Shown: positions 1-14,440 of the stretch, piece by piece
Position numbering within the stretch: position 1 is the stretch's first letter
Layout of the letters: each line of letters begins with the position of its first letter
Origin: Octopus vulgaris
Taxonomy: Eukaryota
Direction: 5' to 3'
Assembly: GCA_951406725.2 (NCBI GenBank)
Contig: OX597836.1
Span: forward strand, 22,134,001 to 22,198,000
DNA length: 64,000 nt
Made by a program: the position numbers and the translations under genes
The notes under the pieces: model-generated
What the model saw: the letters and a program-made list of their open reading frames with translations, nothing else
Told to the model about the DNA's origin: nothing
Database searches by the model: none

Positions 1-341
1 AAACACATGGTTCCGGGTTCAGTCCCACTGCGTGGCACCTTGGGCAGGTGTCTTCTACTATAGCCTCAGGCTGACCAAAGCCTTGTGAGTGAATTTGGTA
101 GATGGAAACTGAAAGAAGCCCGTCATATATATATATGTGTGTGTATATGTTTGTTTGCCACCACCCATTGCTTCACAACCGATGCTGGTGTGTTTACATC
201 CCCGTAACTTAGCAGTTCAGCAAAAGAGACCGATAGAATAAGTACTAGGCTTACAAAGAATAAGTCCTGAGGTCGATTTGCTCGACTAAATGCGGTGCTT
301 CAGCATGGCCACAGTCAAATGACTGAAACGAGTAAAAGAGT
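1..341 (+). mobile_element. tRNA-derived SINE family A (CORE-like domain, internal TA/TG microsatellite), cut by the window start
   Basis: B-box ggttcagtccc, ccttgggcaggtgtctt core and (gagtaaaa) tail. Near-identical to the copies at 33789 and 35348. Confidence 0.85.
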
Positions 342-626
342 ATCTGTATGTCTGTTTACAGAAGGCACATGGCTGTCTGGTAGGGGTTTTCGACCTACAG
401 TTGTGATGTTCTGAGATTGATACCCAGCAGTGCACTGTGTCCTTCAGCAAGATACTTTATTTCATGTTACTCCAAGTCCACTCAGCAGGCAAAAGAGAGT
501 GGTACATGTATTTTAAACGTCCAGCTTAATCACATTCAGTGTGTCAGGCTGAATTTCCCTAAGAACCACTTTGTGTCTGTGGAGTGCTCAGCCACTTGCA
601 CGTTAATGTCATGAGCAGGCTGTTCT

Positions 627-858
627 TATTTCTTTATTGCCCACAAGGAGCTAAACATAGAAGAAACAAACAAGGACAGACAAAGGGATTAAGTCGATTA
701 CATCGACCCCAGTGCATAACTGGTACTTAATTTATCGACCCCGAAAGGATGAAAGGCAAAGTCGACCTCAGCGGAATTTGAACTCAGAACGTAACGGCAG
801 ACGAAATACTGCTAAGCATTTCGCCCGGCGTGCTAACGATTCTGCCAGCTCACCGCCT
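627..858 (-). mobile_element. MetaSINE-like family B copy inserted into an older SINE
   Basis: Meta-type core gcctttcatcctttcggggtcgataaattaagtaccag. 18-bp TSD tcatgagcaggctgttct (609-626 / 859-876). Confidence 0.88.
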
Positions 859-3800
859 TCATGAGCAGGCTGTTCTGTTGATTGGATCAACTAGAACATG
901 TCATCATAACTAATGGAGTGCCAGTTACTGAAGGATAGAGCGCTGACAGGATAATATATTCTTGATACATTCCAAGGGAGCAACTCCTGCTTTCCAACAA
1001 ATGTGTTTATAATGCATTCAATTCACTGGGGTAAGGGGACTTTGAGATACCAGTGTTTCAACCTGTTGCATGCCTCCTCAGCCAAAGCTACTCGGACCAA
1101 TGAATCTAACAAAATCTTTTGGCTCTTGGTTTATAAGATTCAGTTAGCAAATTATTTGGTTCTGAAATCTAGCACTAATGCATCCATTGGATAATAAGTG
1201 GTTTCTGATTGCAGTCATGAAACAAAATAAAATATGCATGAGCACAAGTGCACACAAACACACATACATATAATCACCACCACCATCCTCACTGCCATCA
1301 TCATCATCACCACCACTACTTAAAACTTTGCCCACCGAAGGTGGGCAACTGTCTAGACAGTAGGACTGAACCTGAGACCATGTAGCTGGGAAGCAAATCT
1401 CTTATTTCTTTATTGCCCACAAGGGGCTAAACACAGAGGGGACAAACAAAGACAGACAAAGGGATTAAGTCGATTACATCGACCCCAGTGTGTAACTTGT
1501 ACTTAATTTATCGACCCCGAAAGGATGAAAGGCAAAGTTGACCTCGGCAGAAGAAATACCGCTAAGCACTTTGCCTGGCGTGCTAACGTTTCTGCCAGCT
1601 TGCCGCCCTACCATACAGCCATGACTGTGTCTTTATGTGAAAAGAAAATGCTTTTTTTTTCTTGTTTTGCCCATGCATCCTGCTCAAAATAGATATTTTG
1701 AATTATTATACATTTTCCATAGGTAGGGTATCCCTCCAAGATCTTAGCTTTCATCTGTCTGGGAACAATAAAATGCATACTAGATACAGGAATTAATTGA
1801 TCTGATGGAAAATTACTACTAGCTAAAACTAAACAGATTTGAAATGTTACTGTGTGTTTTAGAATTGATCATTTGTGAATGATTACTAATGATTATGAAA
1901 GGTCAAGTAATTAATTAGTTAATGGTCTTTAGTTTAACGACCATATACTAACGGGGGGGGGGTTTACATATTCTTTATTTGAGAAGGAAAATAAGAAGGC
2001 TATTTTTCGTCTGACAAAGTGATGTAGGCAATTGCATCAATGGTTTTAAAAGGTTGACAAAAGCGACAAAAGTCAATCTGGTGGTGGGAGTGGGGCGATT
2101 AATAATAAGAAATCAAGATAAATTACATTTCTTTCTTTATTTAATGGATTGTTACTAATTAGCTGTGACAGGTCATGCCTCTTAAAATAATAAAAAGAAT
2201 AATAAAACAAATAAATAATAAAAAAAAAAATCAGCACAGTTTCAGAATAGCTATCAGTAACTAACATCATGGGGAATGTAAAAAGGGCACCGAACTGAAG
2301 GGGAAGGATATTAAAAAAATTCTTTCAGAATTATAATTTCTGTTGTCTGAAACAGGGACACTAAAAATAAAAAGCCTTCAAACTCTTAATATCTTCTTTC
2401 CCCATGAGGTAGTGGTAGCTATTGGGCAAGTCCACATATGCATATACGATAGGCTTCCACCTATAACAAGGAATAAATAACAATGGTCTTAGCACCAAAT
2501 AACCGTGGGATTCCTTACTTTATATGGGTCACTATTGATTTATTCATTATCACTTGCAGTATTCTGCCCTTTACACTGGGCTTAAAGGGTCCTTAATGTT
2601 GGTTCTGTAGTGATGACGACCTGAAGGCTTTTTTTTTTTTTAAAAATAAATGGTTTATTTCATATCCATTAATTATCAAAAATGTTTTTGTGTAATGCAA
2701 AATCACACCTTTTTATCTAATGGGACAGTGAGAAAGCATATAGAAATGAGTGTAGGTAGTCAAGCTGCTAGTAATTGGTTCAATACCAAGGTCAGCCAGA
2801 CAGCACATACTCTCGTCCAAGAGAGAGAGCCATTGACAGCATATTTTATCTTGTTTTAGTCATTGGACTGCAGCCATGCTAGGGCACTGCTTCGAAGGGT
2901 TCAAAGAATCAACCCCACTGCTTATTGTTTTCAGCCTGGTAACTATTCCATTAATCTTTTTATGCCAAACCACTAAGTTACAGGGATGTAAATAAAACAA
3001 CACCAGTTGTCGAGCAAAGGTACAGGAGGACAAGCACTAACATCCACATATGCACATACGACAGGCTTCCACAGTCCCCAATTTCAGTCTACCAAATCCA
3101 CTCACAAGGCTATAGAAGAAGACACTTGTGCAGGATGCTGTGCAGTAGGATTGAACCTGAAACCGTGTGGTTACGAAGCACACAGCCATACCTGTGAGAA
3201 ACTGTATCTGGTATGAATAAGAAAATGAGGATTTTCTGCTTTCTGTTGGTTTGATAACAAGGTTTGGTTTGAAATTTCAAAAATGTTATAATAGAATACA
3301 ACAGGCAGTTAAAAGATATCGGAGGTAACACCTGCTGAAACATTGTCTCTGTAACAACTAAGGTAAAGATGCTACTCTTAATATAATAATGGTTTCAAAT
3401 TTTGCCACAAGGACAGCAATTGGGGGTGGGAAATCAATTGATTTCATTGACCCCAGTGTTCAACTGGTACTTAATTTATCAACCCTGAAAAGATGAGAAG
3501 CAAAGTCGACCTTGGCAGAATTTGAACTCGGAACGTAGCAGCAGACGAAATACTACTAAGCATTTTGTCCGATGTGCTCACGATTCTGCTACCTTGCAGC
3601 CTATAATAGTAATAGTAGTTCCACATCTCAGAAACTTGTCCTCCCCCCCACACACACACACATACACGCACAACAGTCACCATTCACAAGCATTACTCAA
3701 GAGACATGTACCATGCTTTTGCTAACTGTCTCGGGGTGCCAATGTTGCCACAATTAGACATAGAAACCCTTTTGACAACACTTCCACCATCCCACCCCAC

Positions 3801-4028
3801 TTTACTCAGCTGATGTGACAACTAGAGGGGAGGGAGGGAGGGAATGGAGGAAGGGTGCAACTCGAAGTGCCTTGCACAGGTGAACGAAACGCACTGCCTG
3901 GCTCAGGAGTCGAACCCACAATCTTATGACTGTGGGCCCACTGCCCCAACTACTAGGGGCACACCACACGTTTACAAAGGCAAGTGCTACAGCCTAAACA
4001 TTGTCATGATGGCTACAAACAACTATAG

Positions 4029-4215
<187 letters not shown>

Positions 4216-4447
4216 ACAGTATGTGTCAATATGCATGTCTAGTCTGTGTGTATGTAATGTCTGCAGCAGTTAGAGTGGTGTGAAAATGACAAATATAGGA
4301 AACTTTTTGTAAGTTTCCTTTAGGCGTGGCTTTATATATACACATGCATGTAAATATACAATATTCACGCACACATGTGTGTTTACATAAGTTAATGAAG
4401 AGGAAAAGAAGAAAACTGAATTTAGTAAGACAAACATGTGCATGTAT

Positions 4448-4484
<37 letters not shown>

Positions 4485-4535
4485 CTAGAGATTGGGTCCC
4501 TCTCTCCCACCATCTTGTTGCCTCCATAACTTCTT

Positions 4536-4575
<40 letters not shown>

Positions 4576-6345
4576 AACTTTCCCAAAATACGTTTTCTGG
4601 TGTGTAAATTACGATTACGTTAACATTTAACGGGTGGCGGGGATTATAAATGGTGGTGGTTGGTCGACTATTTCCCTCCCCCCAGCTCTGCCTTTATTTT
4701 ATTATTTTTTTTTTTTTCAAATGACAAAAATGCCATTTAAAATATATGCATTTTAAAGAAGTGGGAAATGGTTACAGGAAGAAGATGGAATGATCCAAAA
4801 TTCCTTTAAAAGATATTAAGAAAAAGTCGGAATGTGGAGGCGGGGATGAATTTGTAGTTATGCTTATATCTATATTGTGTGTGTGTTTTAGTTGTGGATA
4901 ATTAATCTAATTTCTAAATAAACTGTTCAGTTTGCACTAGATGCGACACGCTGCGATGACGTTGAACTTGCTAGAAATAGCAGTCGATTTTTTTTTTTTT
5001 TGTGTGTGTGTGTGTGTGTGTGAAATATCCACTGGCTTATGGAAAAAGGAAGATCGCAATGGTCCCTGGTGTCTTGGACTGGACCTTGTCTTTGTTTCAT
5101 ATCTCCTCAATCTGAGTTTGATTTGGAATTAAACAGTGCAACACGACCGAGTTTGTGATGTTGAGAAAGAGATGGAGGCAACGAATGAGGATGACTAAAC
5201 CTCCGTTAGTTACCGGTACATAATTATTGCATTTTCCTTTTTTTATTTTTTAAATAGCATATTTGTACATCATACCAGGCCAGAAGTGTACCAAAGTAGC
5301 TGTACAAGTATTCTGCCCAGGTCGACTTTTGCCTTTCATCCTTTACGGGGTTAATAAAATAAAGTACTACTCAAGTACTGGAGTGGATATAATTGACTTA
5401 TCCCGTCTCCTAAAACTGCTGGCCTTGTGCCAAAATTTGAAACTTATTAATATGATGGCGTGCTGGCAGAATCGTTAGCACGCTGGACAAAATGTTTAGT
5501 GGTTATTTCGTCCGTCTTTAACGTTCTGAATTCACATTCCACCGAGGTCGACTTGGCCTTTTATCATTTCGGGATCGATGAAATAAACACCAGTTTAGCA
5601 CTGGGTCGATGTAATCGACTGACCCTCTCACCCCAAATTTCAGGCCCTGAGCCTATAGTAGAAAGCATAATAATAATAATAATTAATTCGTTTATTGGCC
5701 ACAAGGGCTGACAAAAATTAATTAAAACATAAAGGGACAAAACACGGGACGAAAGTTACAAAGGGTTTTGTCCTTTTGCAAAAATCCGTGTAAAAATTCC
5801 AAAGATAACAACGAAAATATAACAATTGAAATTCCCAAATAATAATAATAATAATTATTATTATTATATATGGATTTGAGCAACTCAAGATACAAGACCA
5901 ACTTCTGAATGTCAATTCATCGAAGGGTTCAATATCGCCATCGTACTCAGTATCTGCTGAGCGAACCGAAAGTAACATGAAATGAAGTGCTTTTATTAAG
6001 GACGCAATGCACAACCCGGTCTGAGAATCGAACCCACTACATTATGATCGTTAGAGACTGGCATTCAAACTACTAGACATAAAATATTACTCTACACGTG
6101 TCATGGTGTTGAAGAAATAAACTTCCGAATAATCAGTTTTCGTGATTGAGAAACGTCAAGAATTTTTGACAACTTGTCAAAGACTTTATGAAACCAAAAA
6201 AGAACCCAGCAAGCCGTAACTTTGAAGTCGTTGTCAACCTTTCCCTAGAAGTTTTAAAATCTATAGATGTCTATAAGTGTGTGTGTGTGTGCGCGCGCGC
6301 ACCCTGGGTATGATTTGAAGCTATATCCGGTAGTGAGGGCCCTGG

Positions 6346-6510
6346 CACGCCCGTCGCTAGGAAGGAGGATACTGGACGATACAGCACCTTCACTACTCAA
6401 TGGTGCACACACTGATTTAGAAAATACAGTTTAGAAAAATTTTTCTGCAATAGTGCCCACCCAGAATATTGTGAAGCACCCCCAGGCACCAAAGTCTGGC
6501 GATGGGTCAG
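6346..6510. mobile_element. hAT-type MITE
   Basis: Imperfect TIRs cacgcccgtcgctag / ctggcgatgggtcag and an 8-bp TSD ggccctgg / ggccctag. Confidence 0.6.
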
Positions 6511-9314
6511 GGCCCTAGTAGGCGAGTTCAAAGGTTTTGAGGAGTGTGGAACCAGCTCTTGGCCACTATTGTTTACAGGTCTGCTCTGGCCTGGAGTAAT
6601 AGCACATGTTAAGGTTCCAGCTATAGGTTAACTAGCTTGTGAACCACTGAGAATAAAGACTTCCCAGTTCCTGTAAGAACGGGGAGAAAGTAAGCTAGTA
6701 TAAATAAATAAAAATTGAACAGCAGTCGGATTCTGGTCGCCTCAACCTCTGTTTGTGTCACTGATTTTCTAGCTGATTACGCAGAAAAATGGGTTCAGTG
6801 CTGCGCAACACTTCATCCGCTCAAAAGAAATTCAAAAACTTCTTGGACTCTTGGAATGTTGACTTCTCCATACAAATATATATGTGTGTGTGTTGTATGT
6901 ACGTATATAAAGTAGTTAATAATTCTACAGGAGTTAGTCAAAGACTTGCAGTTTCGTATCAAAACACTTGTCAAACTGAAAGAGAAAACCTGAGAAAAAA
7001 AATAGAATATTCTAGAAAATAAGCGTTGGCGTTATATACACCCGCTGTATGCATGCATACATATACATATCTGTGTGAAGAGAAATATAAATGCTTGCAT
7101 ACATAGTGTGTGTGCGTGTGTATATTATATTTATAAATACATACACGCACATAGGTATACGGGAGACTGGTGCTCATTTTATCGACTTCGGGTAGAATTT
7201 GAACTCAGAAACCGCAGCCGATAAAATCACTCAAGTTCAAGGTCGATATAATTGCTGTAACATGGCCACAAGTCCAGCGACCGACAATAGCATAAATAAA
7301 ATGACGACTGTGTTTTCCGTATTTCTTCATCAGTGCCTTAGTTTATTTAATTAGAACGTCCCTAGCTATGTCCAAGAGCAAACCTTATCAAAGCCAGTCC
7401 AGTCGTGACCACCCCTTCAGTTTCGGGGAGTATCTACAACTTACATTCACCAATGTATTTCATCTTTAATTATGACAGAAGGATTTGGATTTTATATCAG
7501 CAGGTCAAAAGACCGACCACACAGAATGGCTCCAACGGACAAAATTGCTGTTTAGCCAAAGGTCAACTGTGAGCGGGAAGATTGACGATCACAAGCACTC
7601 TAGTCATGACCACCCTGTTTTTTTAAACTCTATCCAAGACTGCATATAACTGTGTCCTTCCACCCTTTCCTTAAAGTAGAAGAGTGCGATTTAAGAAAAT
7701 AGTTATTTTTTTTTATTCTCAGGTCAGCTTTAATCGAGTAAGATCTACGATCACAAGGATTTCTCGCCGTGACAATCCTGTCCTTTTTTGTATGTGCAGG
7801 GAAACCCTGTATGACAGGGTGTAATCTGAGGGTATATGGGCTATTATTTCTAGCATGCCGAGCGACTACGTAAAGACTGGTGGTGTGTCAACTACAACGT
7901 TCAGACGTACGTGCGTGTTCTTTACTAAAAGAATGTGACCCAGTCTGTCTGTCTGTCTATTCATCTATCTGTCGATAGATAGATAGCCCAACTGATTTCA
8001 GATTCCAGGTAGTGAAGGGAGGCGTGGACACACGGAGCAGTGCAAGTTGCCCGAGGGTCGCCCCTCGAGTTTAGGAGTACAATGCTAACAACCTGCGTAC
8101 GTTCAGTGTCGTTACCTAGTGATGGCAGAGCATTGCACTGTTCGGGAGCTTAAAATAGTTAGACGATCCCACACACACATACACACTTGTCAATCGCTCG
8201 ATCAATCACTAAGGGCGAAAAGTTACAAATGACAGGTGTTCAAAAATAAAATGTTCGCAAATAACTCCGAAGGTGAATCGTTGGCTGGACCATATAATGC
8301 GTGTGTGTGTGTGTGTGTGTGTGTTTTAATCTCGAGTTATAACAAAAACAATTCTACATTAAACTAAAGGATTACTCAAATTTTGTAGAGTACCTATTTA
8401 TTATTCTTTTACAAAGAAATGTGTTGACTGACTTTGAAGTTTCGGCCTGTTAGCATGTATTTAACTATATATATATATATATGCACCAATTTATGTCTAT
8501 AACGTATATACATTCATCCAACTATCTATACACGCATATCAATTTATATATCTACACACGCATATATACATCAACTTTCTATCTATGCACAAACTATCTA
8601 ATATTAATTATACGCACGCACTCTCACACAAACACACACACATGTTAATCACAGTACCAAAAGCAACAACAAGACTAATATGAAGAACGAAGTATAAACA
8701 GCCAGTCGGGTAACTGACGATGAAGCTTCTAGTGTGATGGTTCGACCTGTTAGAAATAGCAGCCAAATATATCTCAAATCATAGTCTACAGCCTAAGGAA
8801 AAGAAATGACACACTTGACCGTGTCAGTCAGTCCTACACACACCCTTCAATAGACAGGATGATCGTGATTGGAGTGTTGGAATGTTTTTGTGCATAGGTG
8901 TTTTCTAATCTGGATTGACCTGGGTTTAAACAACAACGAGGGAGCCATCGGGTGGTCACTCGACCTGCTAGAAACAGCAGCCAAACAGTCCTCAATTCGC
9001 ACCGCATCGTTTTCTTTCTTTTGTTTTTAAAAAAGAAACTACATTGGATCGTGTCGGATACCGCTTAGAAAACTATATAAGAAATGATGGTCCAGGCTAG
9101 AATACTTTTGCTCTGGGGTTGTTCTGTCGCGACTGACTTGGGGCTAAATGCCAAAACATCAACCGTCACATTGTCATCTTCTCTTCTTATCCTTCATCCT
9201 CATCCAAACAAAGATACAATGGAAGGGGTTGCAATGAGGAAGGGTAAGTCCTGAGAGTTAGGGTGGGTGAAGAAAAAAAAAAAAGCGAGGGGTTCAAGAG
9301 ATTTGCTTGCTTAC

Positions 9315-9490
9315 CTTTTCAAATGCGCCAGCCTTGCTTCCTCACTTTCAATGTAGTCTTTGAGTAGAATCGCTATCTCCTGTTCGGTTTGTAGTGTCTT
9401 TTCGAGTTCCACCATAGCTGTGAAAACCTCCGATCGAACCGTGTGTAGGGCGACCACAAGACACAGGCAGACATGTGCCAGAAGATGCAT
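9315..9490 (-). CDS. P4HA1: Prolyl 4-hydroxylase subunit alpha, first coding exon (signal peptide plus start of N-terminal domain); downstream exons not found in the window
   Basis: Manual translation from ATG at 9490 gives MHLLAHVCLCLVVALHTVRS-EVFTAMVELEKTLQTEQEIAILLKDYIESEEARLAHLK, then AG|GTAAGC (phase-2 donor). This is a hydrophobic signal peptide followed by the P4Ha N-terminal pattern (E-x-F-T...L-K-D-Y-I-x-x-E-E-x-[KR]-L). Not in the ORF track. The paralog (A1 vs A2) cannot be resolved. Confidence 0.88.
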
Positions 9491-10110
9491 TTTGGGGTTT
9501 TTAATTATTATTATTATTATTATTTACTCGTGGAATGCGTGATGTGAGTATGTTGTGATGTGTGTGTGTGTGTGTATTTATATTAATGTATATACATACA
9601 TATATATATATATATTTATATATTAATGCATATATGATGTATATTATGTTTACATATACGATTATGTGTTATGATATCGGTGTGTGTATGTATGTATATA
9701 TATATATGCATATATGATACGTATTATGTGTCTACATAAATATATGATATGTGTTGTGGATATATATGATACGTGATGTGTGTGCGTGACCGAGCTCCTT
9801 CTAGATATAAGAAAAAGTGTTGACGGTGATGAATTATTACTGCTGATGATGTGGATTGTAAATATTGTTTGGATCCGCTGTGTGTTGCTTTTTCTAACTG
9901 GTGATGGTGGTGGTTGTTGTTGTTGTGCTTGTGGTGATAGTAACAGTAGTGGTAGTGAATTGCTTTTTTTTTTGTTTTGTTTCTTTTTTACTTTTTGCTT
10001 CTAGTCTTGGTGTTTTCTTTCTAGAAAACCAATAGTCGTAGTAGTGATGGTGGTGGTGGTAGTAGTAGTAAGAGTTGTAGTTGTAGTAGTAGTATTGATG
10101 GTAGTGGTGA

Positions 10111-10142
<32 letters not shown>

Positions 10143-11776
10143 ATAACCTTGCCGGGATATGTATTTTAGGGAGGGGTTTCTATGTGAATTATGAGGAAAC
10201 GAAGAGAATGTCTCGTATAAGATAAAAAGGAAGGAAGGAAAAAGTTTAGAAGTGCGTGTGGGTGAAGAATATGACAATTGTATGCATATATATATATATA
10301 TGTGCGTGTGTATGTATGTATGTATGAGATGGCGAGAGATGATGAGTTTTGTGAAAGAGTTTTGTGACAAGGTGAGAGAAAAGGAAAGACTTTGTTATAA
10401 AGGAACAAGGAAGATATATTTTGAAATATTAAGATATATTCTGATATCTTAAGGAAAAAATAAAGTAATACACGTTAGATCGAGACAAAAAGGAATATGT
10501 GTGCGTGTGTGAGAGATGATCGAAAGCTAATTAGTAAAACGGACCCTGAAATTAATTAAATATTACATCTTCTACCGTTATTAATATTTCTACTAACGAT
10601 TGCAACATCAACAACAACAGTAGCAATAAAAGAAGTGTTTGTGAGTCGTCGTTGTTAAACTTTTGGGATTTTTTTGTTTTCCTGAAAAGTTTAGCAATAA
10701 AAATGGTTTTTAGTTTTGTTCGCTTTTGGTGTTGGCTTTCTTTTTAGCTTATTATTTTTTTTGTTTTAAAAAAAAAGTGCTGTGAAAGCCAAAGTGGTTC
10801 TGGTGAAATGGTCGAATGTTTGGTGCTAAAATAGGAAGAATGATGTGGAGAAAGAATATATTAGGTGAATGAGTGAGAAAGACAGCAGAGGATGTGAGAG
10901 AGGGAGAGAGGGATAAGTAGATTCACGTGTGTTTGAGTGAGAGAGAGAGAGAAAGCGATGAGAGGGAAGGGAATGGAATTAGAGAAGAAAAGAGATAAAG
11001 AGGAGGAGGAAATTCTAGAAAGGGGTGAAATTACGACTGGGTGGTGGAAGTAGATAGAGAGACAGACAAATATTTAGAGTGGGAGAAAGAAATGAAGGGT
11101 GTCGAGAGAGAGAGGGAGGGAGTAATAGTTATTGAGAGAAGGGGAAAGTGTTTCAGGGAATGAGACATTAGAGACATTAGAATGAGACATCAACAAAAGA
11201 GAAAGTGTATAAAATACATAAAAGGAGAGAGGGGGGAACTACTGAGGTGAAGAATGTAACGAAGGGTGAGGGTAAAAGTGTTAAATATTGTAGTAGTGGC
11301 TGTGAGAGAGTGAAAAAGTGAGTAGGGTTAATGAAACAAGAAAAGGGGCTGAAAACTGGATGAATGCATATAAAATATATCAAGATGGTTAATGAATAGA
11401 ACTAGATTTATGGTTGGAAATATTGATAAATAGTAAAACGAAAAAGTGAAGGGTAAGGTTTTGGGGAGAGAGAGAGGGTGTTTGAATGAGTGATGTAAAA
11501 ATAGGAGTGGAGATATGGAAATTGTAAATGAAAGGAAACCGAAGAAAGAGAAGGGGTAGGAAGAGAATCAAAAAGCAGTGTGGAAGAGGGCGAAACGAAA
11601 AGTTGATAGGACGATGTTTTAGTGACTGTCGTGGCACATCGTAGAAATTATTTTGCGTTTATTTATTTTGTAAATCTACTTGTTGCCAAAATGAATATCA
11701 AATTGTCATATGAAATGCTTCTTCTCATCAATATAGTTGTTTTTCTTTATTTTTATTATTTATTTTAAAGAGAGGA

Positions 11777-11812
<36 letters not shown>

Positions 11813-13035
11813 AACAAAAATTTATTTTTATTTTGTTAGTAAATATGCATATATTTCCTTTCATATGTAGTAAAATTTATTAAACATACACTTATGTATA
11901 AAGACAAATAATACAAAATCGTTAACGAAACGAAACCTATACATAATTTTCACTGAACTGAGCGCAACGATTCATTTATGGTCGAAAACAACAAAAGCCT
12001 GGGTAGTGAAGATTAGTTGTTAGTAATTTTTTCTTGGAATCTTATGTTTAGCTCTGGGTCACCCTTCAACGAGCATACTTGTGATGTGAGGCAGCCCATT
12101 ATGCTAATCTCTTTTTTTTAAACACTTGTCTAGGTCTACAGTACCCAATATTTTTCTCTTTTTCCCCTAATTTTTTTTTTAAGGATAAGATATGATTAGA
12201 GAGAATTTGCGTTGCTCTTTCTAGCTGATCGGGTGACATAGAGACCTCCGCGACATAGAGATTCTCTTCGAAGCAGATAAACAGGGGGGCATATCGTGGT
12301 TCGAAGCATTGTACTTCTTGGATCATGTATTAAAAAAATAACTGCATGCACGTTAGCATTTTGTTATCGCCAGTTCGCCCCTGAATATCTCCGATCAAAG
12401 GCATTCCAATCATGACCATACTGTCTTTTTTTTTTTTTTTTCTCCCCTTAGGCATAGTCTACCCAGGCTACTGTTGCAACCATGTCGAACGACGACATCA
12501 CGTAGAAGCCTCCGTTATTCATATGATCATCTGTTATCGTCAGTATTTGAAACTTAAACTTCAGGAACGTGGGTGGAGGGTCGTTCGGTGACTGGATATC
12601 CTGAACAAGTGGAATTTCAGCATGTATATATGTACGCGCGAGCATGTTAAAACTTCGTGACCCTCCAACTACAAAAAGATAAAAAAGCGCCAACGTCATC
12701 ACTTTCTGAAATACTAACCGTTTTCTTTCTAGAAGAAACGGTGACGGAACCTATATGTGGTTGCTAGATATAGCAACCAATTTTCCCTCAAATCACCACC
12801 ACAACCATCGCCTTAACATTTTAAAAACAAAGCCACCTTAGTATGTCTTGTAAACAGGACACGTTGGATAATATAGTCCTAGATATATATATAGTACTTG
12901 GTGATCACAAATCTGGTCGATTTTGATGTGGCAGATTTGTTAAGAGAACAAAATGCCCGCAGTCTCGAGTCATAATCCTTTACACGTTCGGAGTTCAAAT
13001 CCCGCTGAAATCAACCTTGCCTTTGTTTCATCCAG

Positions 13036-13141
<106 letters not shown>

Positions 13142-13803
13142 GTGTGTATGTATGTTTTTACAGAGCTTACGATCGTGAGGTTGTGAGTTCGAATCCCGGA
13201 CCGGGCTACGTGTTGTGTTCTTGAGCAAGACACTTTATTTCACTCAGCTGAAGAAATAAGTTGCGACGTCACAGGTGCCAAGCTATATCTGCTTTTGCCT
13301 TTCCCTTGGATAACACTGGTGGCGTGGAGAGGGGAAGCCTGTATGCATGAACGAATGCTGGTCTTCCATAAACAACCTTGCCCGGACTTTTGCCTGGGAT
13401 TGTATCTTTCTAGGGGCAATCCCACGGTCAGTCATGACCGAAGGGGGTCTCAGCAATGTATTTACATGAAGTTAGATATATGTCCAGTCACGGAGTGGCT
13501 GATGGGTTTAAATAATAATAATAATTGTATACACGACTCGTCAGACTCATCCATTGGAATCTGACGAGTCGTCTATAAATCTAAGTGGTTGTAGAGGGAC
13601 AAACACAGACATACACACATGTATGTATGTATACATATATATGATGGGCTTCTTTCAGTTTCCATCTACGAAATCCACTCACAAGGCTTTGGTCAGCCCA
13701 AGGTTATAGTAGAGGATACTTGCCATGCAGTGGGACTGAACCCAGAACCACGCGGTTGGGCCGCAAACATCTTACCACACAGCCACACCTGTGCCTATAT
13801 TAA

Positions 13804-13923
13804 TCCTGGAAGTTCTGCAATACCAGGCCAACCTGTGGCATAGGTGGAGCAAGCCTCTAACTTTTCGTCTCTTTCTAAACATCAGTTTAATAGGCACTGT
13901 ATCAGATATTAAGCTCACAAGAA
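13804..13923 (-). pseudogene. U2 snRNA pseudogene, 5'-truncated, stem IIb partly deleted, Sm site degenerate
   Basis: The + strand tcctggaagttctgcaataccaggccaacctgtggcataggtggagcaagcctcta...gtatcagatattaagctcacaagaa aligns by eye to the reverse complement of metazoan U2 (TCCTGGAGGTACTGCAATACCAGGTCGATGCGTGGAGTGGACGGAGCAAGCTCCTA...GTATCAGATATTAAACTGATAAGAA). Confidence 0.8.
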
Positions 13924-14034
13924 TCCAATATTATTAGGAATTGTACAAAAAAATTGTTAAATTATTTTGTATAGGTGCAGGAGTGGCTGCCCAAAGTCTT
14001 GAGTGGATTTGGTAGACAGAAACTGAAAGAAGCC

Positions 14035-14072
<38 letters not shown>

Positions 14073-14440
14073 TCTTTTACTTGTTTCAGTCATTTGACTG
14101 CGGCCATGCTGGATCACCGCCTTTTAGTCGAGCAAATCGACCCCAGGACTTATTCTTTTGTAAGCCCAGTACTTATTCTATCGGTCTCTTTTGCCGAACT
14201 GCTAAGTAACGGGGACATAAACACACGAGCATCAGTTGTCAAGCAATGCTAGGGGGACAAACACACACACACAAACATATATATACGACGGGCTTCTTTC
14301 AGTTTCCGTCTACCAAATCCACTCACAAGGCTTTGGTCGGCCCGAAGATATAGTAGAAGACACTTGCCCATGGTGCTACGCAGTGGGCCTGAACCCGGAA
14401 CCATGTGGTTGGTAAGCAAGCTACTTACCACACAGCCACA
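14073..14440 (-). mobile_element. SINE family A copy nested in inverted orientation inside another family A copy (13972-14036 and 14445-14670, +)
   Basis: A full reverse copy sits in the internal TA tract of a forward copy. Confidence 0.8.

Noticed and set aside
960-1170. Non-repetitive stretch as candidate P4HA exon 2
   Set aside because: Minus-strand frames after the tttcag acceptor hit stops and lack the expected NPVNAF/KR..W motif.
9894-10370. 158-aa His/Tyr/Thr-rich ORF upstream of P4HA
   Set aside because: It is a translation of (CAC)/(CAT)/(TAC) microsatellites with no domain signal.
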